A stretch of DNA of 64,000 nucleotides from Ostrea edulis. Its lineage: Eukaryota. This document shows, piece after piece, positions 47,465-61,400 of the stretch. The notes beneath the pieces are model-generated. The model did no database searches. It was not told the origin of the DNA and saw only the letters and a program-made list of their open reading frames with translations. The stretch is from positions 3,224,001 to 3,288,000 of the forward strand of contig NC_079168.1 of the NCBI RefSeq assembly GCF_947568905.1, given 5' to 3'. Both the position numbers and the translations under genes were made by a program. Numbering within the stretch: position 1 is the stretch's first letter; every line of letters starts with the position of its first letter.

Positions 47465-47467
<3 letters not shown>

Positions 47468-47537
<70 letters not shown>
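47468..47537. repeat. (TA)n(GA)n microsatellite
   Basis: Direct reading. Confidence 0.95.
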
Positions 47538-47538
<1 letters not shown>

Positions 47539-49394
47539 CATGTATGCAACTATTGGTTAAATCGTGAAATATTTTACATAAAAAATTCCACCGATGTTCA
47601 AAGAGGAAAACTGGTCGCTCTAAATAATTGATCACTTGAATCAAACCGGACGACTGGCTGACTACGCGGTTAGGAAGATTGAATATTATCATTAAAAAAT
47701 ATATTACTCTTTTAAATTTTAAAATCATCAAGAAGACTTGAAACACAAGTTAATTTATTAAAATCACTAAATTAATAACATTTGTCCTAGTCTATGAGGA
47801 GTACCGCTCTTGTACACTCCATAATTTTTCTTGTTTCATTGTAAAGATAAGTAACCAAACACTCTAAGCTGACTTTGTCACGGTTGATTTCGTTACGATT
47901 ACTTTTTGGTTTCGTTTTGTTTCGCACTTTATTTTCAGGTATCTGTCCTATGTTTTTATCACAGTTTTGATTGTGAAAACAAGAAACAAGTTTTTATTTG
48001 GAAAAATTACATTCTTTGATTAATCTATTAGTTTGGATTAACAGTGACAAACTTGCATTTCAGCTTTCGATTGATTGAAACTTAAATAAAAAAGTTTTTT
48101 GCCTGGCGTAAAAACGTAGAATTTACTTCGCTCGGTAGCTCCACCCTCAAGTGACTTATCAATACCAAAGGTTCAAAGTAGAAAAAAAAAACTATTTTTA
48201 TTTCCATTTGATATAGTTCAATTTAATTAATAACCATCCTCGGAAGCCTACGGTCTGTCGCACATCTATTACATGTACCTCGAGGTTAAAGAATTGAAAC
48301 TGACCTGGGTTTCCGACGATGTTATTGACCAAAGAAATAATATATGATGCCACCCTATTAAAAATGTCAGACATACGGAAATCTATGTCAACATTAGAAA
48401 ATCGCACATTTTCATTAAACGACAAGATAAAAATAGACATAAAACTGGTCAAAATGACAAAAACTTTCCGTCAACAGAATTAAAAACTGCTCTTTCATAA
48501 ATATAGATAAATTATAATTGTGGATATCGGGGAAATCGTTGTATGATAGACTGTATATAATGAAGAAAATACCAGCATTAGCTAGAGTTATTGCTCTTGA
48601 CAACTTTTTTGAAAATATGAATGATGGATTCTAATAGAAAATATAAACTTTTTGGTATCAAATAGTTTACCATAGTCTTTTAAATTATAACCAGTGAGTA
48701 AAATTCCTCCAAAAGATATATTTCTAACATTCTCGATTTAAAAAAAAAAAGAATACATAAATTCATTAAAAGTGAAAATGAATGAATAAATAAATTCATA
48801 AAGTGAAAATAAATGAATACATGCATCAAATAAAAAACCAAACAGCGGAATTATCATCAACGAACGAAATCATTCGAAGCTTTCAGTTTCCGGGTCCTTT
48901 GGGGGCTTTGATGAATATCTGAAGGTATACATGTATGTGTGGACACAAGTATAGTAGGAAAACATGCTAAGAATTTTTTTTATATCAAATTCATGAGACT
49001 ACGATGCAAGAATATAGCGATATAAGGCCTCAACTGTGTGCACTTTTGTGCGCTGTAAAACGAAGGTTTTTATAAGGGGTGGATCTGCAGCTCTCTGATT
49101 TGTCCCAATATATTTTTCTGAGAGCTACAGTTCTGCAGCTCATGAATAACAGGATTATTGAATAAAAATAAAAATATTCGCATATAAATCAAGATTTGAA
49201 TGATATTGCACCGTTCTACACGCCATATTAAACAAAGAAATATTGCCTACCGCAATTCAATTTAAAGTGGATGTGCCCATGCAAATATATATGATACCGA
49301 ACACAATTAAGGAAATTATTACTGTATAAAAATTCTAACGTGTTAACCAGTTTTAATGAAAAATAAGACTGTAGTCTTCGTGGGATGTATTTCT

Positions 49395-49430
<36 letters not shown>

Positions 49431-50809
49431 CAAACAAACCAACAAAAAAAAAAAAAAAATAAAAAAAAAATAGGTCAACATTTTTTAGTTTCTTTTCGAA
49501 AAAAAATGTACCAATCAATCCTTCAATATTTAAACTTGAAACAATTGGTAGCGTACGAGGTCGTATTGACCCAGTGAATGGATGTGATGAACACCGAGGG
49601 ACAAGATAAACTCAAAATAGAACTGACGAATGATCCGTCGTAATGGCCGACAGAAACAGTTCAGTACAGGTGTGATTGATAATATCATTTTGGACAAAAG
49701 GCAAAGATAAATAAATAAATTAATAAAAAAAAAATTAAAAACACCACCAGAGTACATATGCCATCATCCCGTCTTCGTGACGTGACATAATTCTGGCCAT
49801 TAGCAAACAAACTTCAGTGGCTTAGATAAAACTGTGCCAAAATATAGGAGCTGTTCCCCCTGGAGTTGTACACAGAGGAAAATTAGGTAAATAATGATTT
49901 ATGCATGCTTCATATTATCGTTTTCCAAACAATTAAACTATCTTAATTGCAGTTTCTCTGCATGCAGGGAACAACTTAATAATCACGGTTGTGCAACGTC
50001 GACGTAGTATTCATAGAAGTATGAGGCCGGTAACTCAAATTTGTATAGCGTTTATTCCCCAGAGCGGGCTAAATATAGATTATAGACAGATACTCTGATA
50101 AGACAATGTATTGATTAATTTTCTCTTGAACTAGTGTAGAATCTGTTTCGTTGGCTCCTGAACATGCAATGAACATGGAAGCCTCCACCTTATGTTCTGT
50201 CACCGTTCCCTCTGTTTACATTCGTCCATATGGCCATCTAAGGCATTGTCCCAACATAGGAGGCTATTAGAAGCCCATATACATGTATCGCAATTGTGAA
50301 ATTCGTGATCCCCGAGTTAGATTTCAAAAACGGTACGTTGGATAAAATGTCACATATTTTATGAATTTAAAAAAAAGTGTATCCAAACACCGAGGGGGAG
50401 ACTCCGCCCTAGCCCCTAATCCCACAAGCCTGCTTAGGGACTATACGACACGAGCATGACACAATCTAACGAAATAGCGAAATTCGTGGTTCTGCTTGAT
50501 CCGAGATTTGGGCTTTAGGAAGAAGAGGGGTATGTGAAATTCATGGTTCTGACTGGGTTGAGGTTCAGGTTCTATGAAGAGTAGGAATGTGGATTTCATG
50601 CTTCTGTCATATTTATGAAGCAATGCATGTATTCCATTATCATATACTATATCATTAGTGTTGATATCTCTGGACTGATTCGATACACGACAGCATGCTT
50701 TGCGTATGATCAATTTTTAAATCGAGGCATATTACTGACAAATAAGTTGATGTTCCAGGGGTTCAACAATCTCATTTAAAGTCACCTTTTTGGAATGTCG
50801 TTGTAAAGA

Positions 50810-51130
50810 TCTAATTTGCAAGTACAACCTGTCATTGGGTCGAATGGTGTCTGACGTGTTTCATATCATTATTAGACCGCTATTTGCATCATGATTTTGA
50901 CTACGGATTACTCCGTTTACCCGAAAAAGATAAAAGGCTCACGTCGAGTGTAACCAATCAACAAGGAATGTCTACTCCTCCTAGACACCTGCTCTCACCT
51001 CTGATGTGTTCAGTGGTCCATGTTTGCCATACTATTAATTTTGTATTCTTTGACTTTTGTATTCTGTGTGGGATTTATGAGATTGATAACTACATCTTCG
51101 TTATCTTTATTTTTCGTTCTTGTTGGTGTA
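50810..51130 (+). mobile_element. Penelope-like element terminal (pLTR-type) fragment
   Basis: Same family as 57255..57345, 59945..60400, 61195..61288, 62520..62700 and 63260..63600; one copy adjoins a PLE-type RT fragment. Confidence 0.65.
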
Positions 51131-52502
51131 ACGTTTTCTTTGGTATCCTTTGTGCTTTACCTACTCATATCTATTCCCACAAAACCATTTATCATGCAGT
51201 GTTTAAAAATCTTAAAAGTATCGGAAGTGAAAGTGTTAAATGAGTTTAGAGGATTTTGTGCCATTTATATATTACATGCATTCGGGACAACATGTAGCAA
51301 AGGATGGAACATTTTATTCGCCATTATCTTATGTGTAATTTTCTGATTAAAATGTGTTCGTCGACTACCTGTATACTTCTTGCTATTGTTGTCGCTGTTG
51401 ATTTCAAGAATCGCCGAGTTACGCTTCAGATATATTCACACAAAGCGTATCTGGGTGAAGAGAAAGATTGGTTCGACATTCCATCCCCACTGAACCAATT
51501 TAAGTCAAATCTGGCACAAAGTATTCTTGGTTAAAGTGGGCGGAATTTGTTCACAGGGAGTGGTAGCCATGGGGACATGATAGGGAAATAGTGAAAATAA
51601 AATGTCTTTAAATTTTTTTTCTCTCGAGAATCTCTGGACCAGATAAGCCAAAACTTGCATAAGAATTTCTTTAAAAACTATTGTTACGTGGTGGGGTTTT
51701 CGCTTTGATATAGAAGTTTTTACGTCAAGTTTGACCAGTGACTTTCAGAAATATTAGTAATATATATTAAAACAATATGTACAGTATGTACATGTACCTG
51801 TTAGGCTGTTACTGACCAATCCTAAATATTGGAGATTTCATAGTTTGACGTCACCACAGTAGAGTCCTAGAAATACCACGTGTAATATCTAGTTTTTGGG
51901 ATTAAAATAAGATAAAACTCGCGGTGTTCAGGTGTTGTTGGAAAATAAAAACTTCACCCCTCGAGGTTGGTGTTAAACGAAATCCTCGACCTCCGGGGTT
52001 GTTCTTAATACATACGTCATATTTCCCCTTAGATTTCATATATGACGTCACGATGGATAGACTAATGTCATTGGTAGCGATATTCTATCAACTGGTGCTA
52101 TCAAAAGAAGTTTTATTCGGGGTTTAGTGTATGTATCGGTATGATAAATTCCAAAATTCCAGTTCCCTTAGAACAAACCCATTGCCTAGGCTTCGCCCCC
52201 GAGAACTGGGGCGTTGCTAATGCCGTTAATGAGATACTCTGTGTAATAGTGTTGTCTATGAAATAATTGTAACTTGTAGAAGAATGTTGCGTGATTTTTG
52301 GAAGTTCCCCATGAAACCTGTGTGTGCGTTTAAAACAAACATCCAACGATATATGCTTATGTTTCGGTAACAAATTTCAAACAAAATTCCTCAGGAGAAA
52401 ATGCCTTAAGCATGGAGTCATTATATATTGAGATTGTGAGTAAAAATAAAGAATTATTTAGTAAAACGGATTTCATTACTGTATTTGTAATGTTTGAGTA
52501 TT

Positions 52503-52843
52503 CAGGCCCGTACCGAGGGGGGGGGGGGGGGGGTGCGGGGGGTGCAAACGCACCCCCCTGTGAAAACCATTAAGCACTATTAAAGTCGGCTGTGTAAATC
52601 ATCAAGCACTATTAAAGTCAAATATTTTCTAAAAAGCAAAAATTGCATCCAGGATAGAGCATTTTTACCCTTATTTTTCTCTATTTCGCTTCTGCTTCCG
52701 GGGGGCTTCGCCCCCCCCCCCACCAGGACCCCCCCCCCTCCCACCGGGCTTCGCCCTGGACCCGCTTGGGGGCCTTAAGCGGCCCCAAAACCACTCGCCG
52801 TAAATTTATGCACCCCCATTGAAAAAGTCTGGGTACGGCCCTG
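52503..52843. mobile_element. MITE with a 5-bp TSD
   Basis: TIR CAGGCCCGTACC / GGTACGGCCCTG; TSD GTATT (52498..52502, 52844..52848). Confidence 0.8.
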
Positions 52844-55159
52844 GTATTACCATTCCATGTGAATGAAGAAGAAAAACATTAAACCCGATTTCGATAGAAC
52901 TACATTAGGCATATTAAGCATTAATATTTCTCAACATGAAATTACAAATCAATCTGTAAGGATGTATACTGAACCATAATAGTAAACCAAAGTAAAACTC
53001 CAAAATGTGTCACAAAATGGCAAGCTTTTCTCAATGGCAGAAATAGACCCCAGAGATATAATTCAGAAACTTTTTACCTTATCCACAGTCTGCTAATCTG
53101 ACTCATCTCCATGAACGTGACTTCAAGGAGGATAAACAATTCCGACAAAAAATGAATTTGGAACTTTAAGATTGATGCGTTTGATTCGTTCAATGAAAAC
53201 TCGTGTCTCTCATTACTTTTAACTGGGTCTTGCTCTCGTAGCTGTAAAGACTGAAAAGTGGAAGTCGATTACGGACTAGAGTAACAATTTTTGATCTATA
53301 GAAACATCGAACCCGATATAAAGATGGCCGATCAAGTATGGTTTGATAAGCTCTAGTTGCAGGTTTCGGTATTTTAAATCATTCAATTATTACAAGTAAA
53401 GCTTTTTTAAAAAGCTTGCCGTCTTTAGCAGCAACTCTATAGAGCGAAGTTGAATTATGTCCCTTGTCTTCATTATTGAATTGAGCTAAAATAAATAATC
53501 TCACGGACATCATGCCTACAAAGCCGTGTCCTGACTCCCATTGTAAAAGTTTGTATTTATGAAGGGTATATGTACTGGAAATCAAAATCACTGTTCCCTG
53601 TATTAGCACTGATTAAAGCCTCTATATCAAATGAAACTGAGATTTTCAGTGTGTATATCAAAATATTTATTTTTTAACAAAGTTATGAAACAAAACAAAC
53701 TAAAAAGATTTAAATTGCTCAAATTTGCATAAAAATTATTCTTGCATATTGTACAGTACAACTGCTTTAGAAATTAACCAGGATGAAGACCTGAGAATAT
53801 TGTAATAGTTTTGCCAAAAATTATATCAGAAAATACATATCAGCAATCAAGAGTGAATTCATCAAAATTCTAAGTTAAATTGTATAAAAATTCTTGTGAT
53901 TCAACGTTACTTCACAGACATAAATACAATTGTGTCTCTGATTTAAATCATGAAAAAACGTCACTCTATGATATGTAAGAAAAAATATGAAACAGTCACA
54001 CATAATTAACTATACTTCTGGAAGTCCCTGAAAATGCATAAATTAGACTCGTTTACATAAATTGTAATAACTGGTGGATGGATTATTCTTTTGCATGCTT
54101 TAAAAAAACAGGGATCCTCATTTTGAAGTCAAGCCTTATTTATTCTTATGTAATTCTTAGCTTAAGGTATCATTAAAACTGTTTTGTAGGGATTAGCCCT
54201 ACCGAATAGACAATTCCCAAAACACAAGCAATCAAAACAAAAAAACGGCGAGTTTTTCTGTTTGTATGCAAAAATGAAAACATTGCTGTAAATGAAGTAA
54301 CCATAGAAATGCTTTGTATTAGTTGCTTTTAAAAAAGTAATGTGTCAATTTCATGAATTGCATTTTTCTTTTTGTCGATTTTTTTAAGATTGAAAATCTT
54401 GAAAAATTGTTAAGTCGTACGAAAATTAGAACACCAGAAAATTATCTCCCTTGCCTTGAAGAGCATTTCAACCAATGAAATAATTGAAAATTTTCACTTC
54501 ATGCACTTTCTACCAATGAAAAAAGAGAGGAAGTGCAAAGTCCGAAGACTGTAAAAGACTTCAACTCTGCATACCGTCTTCCAAGGAAGACGGTAATAAT
54601 AGTAAAAACTCGCGTCTCTGATCACGTTCAGTCGTGCAATCTAACTGTATACAAAGATGGCCGACCAGGTATCATTTCGCAGACTCTAACTAGTATCCCG
54701 TTTCAATGTTTTCAATTATTCAGTTAAATGGAAAAAAAAGAATTGACATTCCGCGTTAAATATGACGCTTTAGCTGCCCTCGAACTAAACTAACCAGATT
54801 CTACCTTTCAGATAGCTAAACCATCATATTGATCTCAAGAAGTCCGTGGTTGTATATGAGTATAAAGCTGTCTAAAATAGATTTAGACAAACATAGAAAT
54901 GACAAGGGACAACTCTCTCTCTCTCTCTCTCTCTCTCTGACTCCATCTTACAGTTTATTACAATGTAAAACGTGCAGGAAAATACACATGTGGCCACAAG
55001 TATGAGCATTAGTTTTATGGTGTTCTGGCCGCTTTCTGGATTCGCATTTAAGTGCTATGATTTGTATATCATACATGCAGTAATTTTTCTTCCTTCCGAT
55101 GATAGCACTGGTTTTACATGCATCTACGGTTTATAGTAATTTTTCGTTTCAGTATACAA

Positions 55160-58100
55160 ATGGTGGATCAAAAGAGCGTTCTAGCCACCATGGCGGGAGG
55201 TGTGGGTGGTGGTATTCTGGCTTGGAGAGCGTTTTATCCCAGCCTTTACGACGACTTCAAAACAATTTACACAACCAGGAAATCAGATGACGTCATTGCT
55301 CGTGACATGCAATCAAGGCGGCTCCTGATAGACATGTTCGAAGAGACTTCTCGTCTTCATCCCGAGAGAATTTTCATTGTGTTTGAAGACAAGGAGTATT
55401 CCTACGGAATGATCGATGCCATGGCGAACAGAGTCGCAAATGTGGTGTCTCGCTGGAATCTGAAAGTGGGCGATGCTGTTGCCATTATGGTTTATAATTC
55501 CCCAGAATTTGTCTGGACTTTTCTTGGTTTGTTTACATGAATACATTGATGAACAGTTTATAGGCGGTTAATATGTAGAAGTTAAAGCCCTATACCTATT
55601 ACACTGGATTTTTTTTTCATAAAAAAGTTATGGAAAAAAGTATCATTTAAGGTATCAATGCTCACCTTTGGAAGATTCTACCTTCTCTTCTGCAAAACAT
55701 ATGTATTTCACTTCAAACCTATAAAGTTTAAAGTGGAGGTCTCCCTGGTAGGGCATGAAGTTTCAAGATTTTGGTGCGATGCGTTTTCTGTTAGTTGAAA
55801 TTAAATTTAGAAACAGCTTAATGATCAGACATGGGCGCTAGCATAACATTTTCCATATTAACACGCTTACATTGTATCTTTTGCCGCTTCACATATATTT
55901 TTCTTCTCTATATTGGACATTTCACCAATATTTACATGCTACCTAAAGAGGCTGTTAACCATGTATAAGGAACTTCCTCAACAATACGCGACTCTCTGCA
56001 TGTTCTTAGGTAATTGGATAACTATTCTTCTTATTTCCAGGTCTTTTGAAGCTGGGTTTAGCTGGTACGTTTATCAACTATCACCTACAAGAGGAGCCAT
56101 TAATACACTCACTCACTGCTAGTCAGTCCAAACATCTGATAGTGGGCAAAGGTTGGTACGCTAAAGAAAGTCTAGTTTTNNNNNNNNNNNNNNNNNNNNN
56201 NNNNNNNNNNNNNNNNNNNNNNNNNNNNNNNNNNNNNNNNNNNNNNNNNNNNNNNNNNNNNNNNNNNNNNNNNNNNNNNNNNNNNNNNNNNNNNNNNNNN
56301 NNNNNNNNNNNNNNNNNNNNNNNNNNNNNNNNNNNNNNNNNNNNNNNNNNNNNNNNNNNNNNNNNNNNNNNNNNNNNNNACTGATTAATAAAATCTCATG
56401 AGAAATATTTGCACTAACCAACAGGTAGGTAATGTTGTTAAAATTGTTTATTAGATGTTATATTTACTGTTCTTCATTCATCAACCAAAAAAATTCCGTC
56501 TGGATTTAGAAATGATAATTATCAGTTTCATTTGAGAGCCAAAGGACAAGTGCGAAATTTCAAAACAATACGTTATATCATAATTTACAGGTCATGACCT
56601 TCTAGAAACAATCAAGAATGTGTGGGACAAACTTCCAGAGGACTTTACGATCTTTGTGTCCGGGACAACGACTGAATCGCTGCCAGAAAGAGTTATTTCT
56701 TTTGACACCCTATTGGTGCAATCACTCCCAGTTCCGGTCTGCAAATCAGCGCGTGAAAAAGTTACTTTGCAAAGCCCAGTATGCTACATATACACTTCCG
56801 GGACGACGGGTCAGTATTCGTAAAGTGGGTAGAATCCCCTACATGCTCTGAGTTAAGTATTAGCTGCAGTGTATTGCATGTACATGTACATCTTAATGGT
56901 CCAAACATTATTTTCAGATATTGTATCATTCATCAGCTAGTTTTGAACACTACTGAAGCAAGTTTATTTAGATACACCAAATCAAGCGTACACGTAATCG
57001 CGATTGTGCTCTCTGTTATAAGGTTCGTAATCGAGGAAATTCGAACCGTAGATAGACTATCATTATCTTATAATTTTACACTCCAATGAATTCAAATATG
57101 GCATTAGTTTGCAATTCTAACCCTGTTTTAAGAACTGATATCCCCGGACTCTCAAACACAAAAAGGTACTAGCATGACTCACCCTTAGGTTTTAAAAATC
57201 GCTATGAAGTGAGTCAGCGTGATGATTATTGCAATACATCGATACACCTCTGGTATATCCAGGGGTCCGTGTTTACTCAACCCTCTATTTTGTATTGCTT
57301 ATGGGAGTTATGAAATTGATCACTTTTCGTTATCTTCATCTTTCATCGAATGGTAAACAAGAAACATGGTGTATTTTTTGAAACACTGATGCCCCCGGGT
57401 AACAAGAATCTGGAATTCATTTTACTGAAGAATTTTCAAAGTAGGTCAGAAGTCAATTCTAAAGTCACAAGGTCAATAGATTTGGTACCAATGGAAATGT
57501 CTTCTCCCAAGAGATGTATATGCTAATTATGAAAGCAGTGTCTCACGGTTTAAAAGATGTGGCTTGTATTAGAATTTTCTTACAGTAGGTCAGAGATCAT
57601 TGTAAAGGTGACCAGGTCAACGATGTTGGTACCATTGGAAAGGTATAGTTACAAAGAATAGAGATACCAAATATGAAAGCCGTACATCTAATGTTGTAAA
57701 ATATATGACCAAGGTTAAAGTTGTTTTGAAAATTTCGGAACACGTACATGCTAAATATGAATGCAGAGCTTCTTAAATGTACGATTTCAAATATATGGCT
57801 CATATTCGAATTTTCTAAAAGTAGGTAAAAGGTCAATATAATAGGCACCAAGTCAAAAATTTGAATGTGAATGGAAAGGTCTTGCCACAAGGAATAAGCA
57901 TACTTATAAAACATATTAAAGGTCTACCTCTTATAGTGTAAAAGAGACCAAGTTTTTTTTGTCATGGACAGACAGAGGACCGACAAACGACACAATACTA
58001 TAATATATCATACCATACCTACATGCAACACATTGTTCCAATTTTATGTATATGTCTAATTTTATTCATAAACTCCAGAAGATGTTGTCTTTGTCTCAAA

Positions 58101-58378
58101 TACAATTTTGAAATTATTGCTTAGCAATTTACGAGTACAGAAATATGCATGCGGAAAGTCGTTTATGTCGTGTTCATGCAGTTATTATGTAGTTATTATG
58201 TAATTTATGTGTTGAAGGTTTACCAAAACCAGCGATAATCCACCAAGCTAAGGCGATCACACAATCGCATGGTTACCGCGCTATTGACTTCACATGGCAG
58301 GATGTGACGTATGTGGTGACACCATTGTATCACAGCGCCGCTACCTGTGTAGGAGTATTTAACACGATCGCAGAAGGT

Positions 58379-58424
<46 letters not shown>

Positions 58425-61400
58425 TATATGAAAAAGAAATAAATCTAGTTTTATTTTATTACGCATGATAGGTGCAACTGTAGTGCTGCGCCGGAAGTTT
58501 TCCGCCCGCCATTACTGGGAAGATGTCAGAAAATATAAGGTCACAGTTATTCAGTACATCGGGGAGCTGTGTCGCTATCTACTGCGCGTCCCAAAGGTAA
58601 CTTTTTGTTATTATATAAGATACTGATTTTCGACTTGTGGACATAATTATTTGATATTTGTCACTATGAACCCACTATCTTAAAGACATTCCACAACATT
58701 CATTAATTTCGCACTTTTTTCATAATTTAGTACACCTGAGCTGACAACTGAAGTGAACTTTTCTAATCACTTTTTGTCCAGCGTACGTCCATAAACATTT
58801 AACATTTTCGACTTCTGCAGAACCACAGATTAAGTTCAGCCAAACTTGCCACAATGCATGCTTGGTTAAAGTGGACTCAAGTTTGTTCAAATGAAATTTC
58901 TCGCCTTTTCTGAAGTGGAGATAATTAAAAACTTCTTGGGGTAGGGTGGAGCCATAATAGGGGATCAAATTTTTATATGGGATTGAATAGGAATACATCT
59001 TTAAATATCTTCTCACGAAGGGCCATGGTTAGTGATATTGATATGCAAGCATCTTCAGCTAGCGTTAAATCATGTTTCTTCAAATAAGGGGCTTCACGGA
59101 TGTGGTGGGGCCACAATAGGAGATCAAAGTTTTATATGGGAACATACTGGAATTAATCAGAGAATTAGTTTTTCGAGATTAGCAGGACCACAAGAAATCA
59201 CATCAAAATGGAAATGTTCCTAAGTTGTGTGGATTCAAGTTTCTTTATTCCTAAGTAACTAAAGTTGGTAGTGTATAATCATTGTTTGCCTGTCTGTCTT
59301 TAACTTGAACCTTGTTCATAAGTTTTCAACGGTGATAGGGCTCTCGCCTTCACGACCTTTCTTTTGGTACCAAAGTACCTTTTGACCTTCACTTTGGAGT
59401 TGACCTACTTTTACGAAAACCTAACATAGGCAAATATAGTGACTTATTTAAGGTAGAACTTTTATATTTTATAGATAGATTCTTATGATAAGAATTTCAG
59501 ATGATTTCAGTTCATGTCATGATGGATGACCTCAAAATTTAATCTAGGCAATATCCCATGAACTGTCTGATATTTAAGACAGGAGTTTCATATTTGTATA
59601 TAGATTCCATGTTGTAAGATATTTCATTTGGTTTCATCAAGTTTGACTTTGCGACCTTTGAGTTTGACCCAAATTTCAAAACTTTATTCAAACTTTGCTC
59701 GTAGCTTTGAATGGTGAATGATACATCTTTCATGTATGTATACATTCCTTATGACAAGACGTTTTGGTACCACAGTTTTTGTCTTTGTATCTTTAACCTT
59801 GGATTTTGACCTATTTTTTAAACAACAAATTAATCCAGTCAATATTTCCAGAACTGGTAAAGGTGGGAATTTTATATTCTGTATATAAATTCTTAATAGT
59901 GAAACCTTACACTTCATACCACCATTTTTGACATTGTGATCTTAAAAAGGTGAAGATAATGAACAGTGATCAATCTCATAATTCCTATAAGGAATATAAA
60001 ATTAAGAGTTATGCAAACACGCACCCCTGGATATACAAGAGGTGGGATTGGGTGCCTTGGAGACGTGAACAGAGGTTGTCGACCGGTCATATCCGCTGTG
60101 AGCCTTATATCTTGATCGATTAAACGGAGTATTCTGTAGTCAAACTCAATGTGTAAATATTGGCCTACTAATCGGTATGAAACACGTCAGACAGCATTGA
60201 TCCAATGATAGGTTGTTTTGGCAAACTAAATCGTTATAGAATTTTCAAATTTTCAAAATGTAACATAACTTCTTTGTCAGTAGCCTGCCTCGATTTGAAA
60301 ACTGATCATACGCAGAACAAGCTCTTTCATATCGTATCAGTTGAGTGATATAAACACCATATGCAGGTGACAATGGACTATTGCTACATAAATATAGGAA
60401 GTTGATGATGGAGAAGCTGAAGTCATCCCGTGTGTCATAAAGTTAATTTGTTAGTTTGCCGTTAATATCCATTTTCAATAAATATCTAAGTACGAAACAT
60501 AAATGAAGGACTCTGTGGTGTCTTTTATTTTAAGTTCACGGGGGTTATATTGACTTGATATAAGAAGGGTCCCGTGAATATGTCCTCAGTACCCTTTGTT
60601 TGTCGTAATAGACAACTAAATGGGACGGTCCTTCGAATGAGACCACAAAAAGCAAGGCCCCGTGACACACGTGGCACGATAAAAATTACTCCATGTTCAA
60701 AGGCCGTAAGTGTCGAGCCTAAAGTTTGCAGCCCTTCACCGGCATTGGTGACGTCTCCATATGAGTGAAACATTTTCGAGAGGAACATTAAACAGTATAA
60801 ACTAACCAACCGATATATGAATGAAAATTATTATTATTTATAGATAAAACGTAATTGATATATCTCAATGTTGAGTAGAAGGCCATAGTAAGATATTTTT
60901 TCTTCTGATGTAGAAGTTTTTTGGGTTTTTTTTTAAAAATAATTTCTGTTTCATAAGAATATAAAAACAGGTCAGCTATCAACGGAACACAATTCATGTC
61001 CATGGGAATTTCAACCGACTGTTGGGAGACCTGATCACTAAAGACTACGAAGATATTGTCAATGAGAAACTCCAGCATATTTTTTATTTCAACTTCAGAG
61101 TACTTGTGCGTGGAATCAAAGTGTAGTTTAGCAAAGTAATTTTGTGAATGACTGATCACTAGATATGAATATTTTCTTTTTCCATTTTTGTTGACATGTG
61201 TCCATGGGTCCGTGTTTGCCCAACTATCAATTTTGTATTGCTTATAGGAGATATGACATTGATCACTGTTCGTTATCTTCACTTTTCACCTACATCTATG
61301 TCTATGATGTCAAAAAGTCTAGTATTTAATTCATCGTGAGAAATGGTCGTGTAAAATGTTGAAAAGTCATGCATTTTGACGTTTGTTGATTTAAGAAAGA

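Noticed and set aside
48198-48603. Possible decayed coding sequence on either strand
   Set aside because: Stops in all frames and no recognisable motif.
49385-49470. Lys-rich and Phe-rich ORFs
   Set aside because: Poly-A/poly-T tract artefacts.
53379-53595. Candidate minus-strand terminal exon (GTVILISSTYTLHKYKLLQWESGHGF…)
   Set aside because: Plausible acceptor (CTAATACAG), but no recognised domain and no partner exons.
56180-56379. Missing FATP exon inside the N gap
   Set aside because: The flanking exons join in phase (IVGKG|HDLLET) and give a continuous FATP-like sequence, so no extra exon is required.
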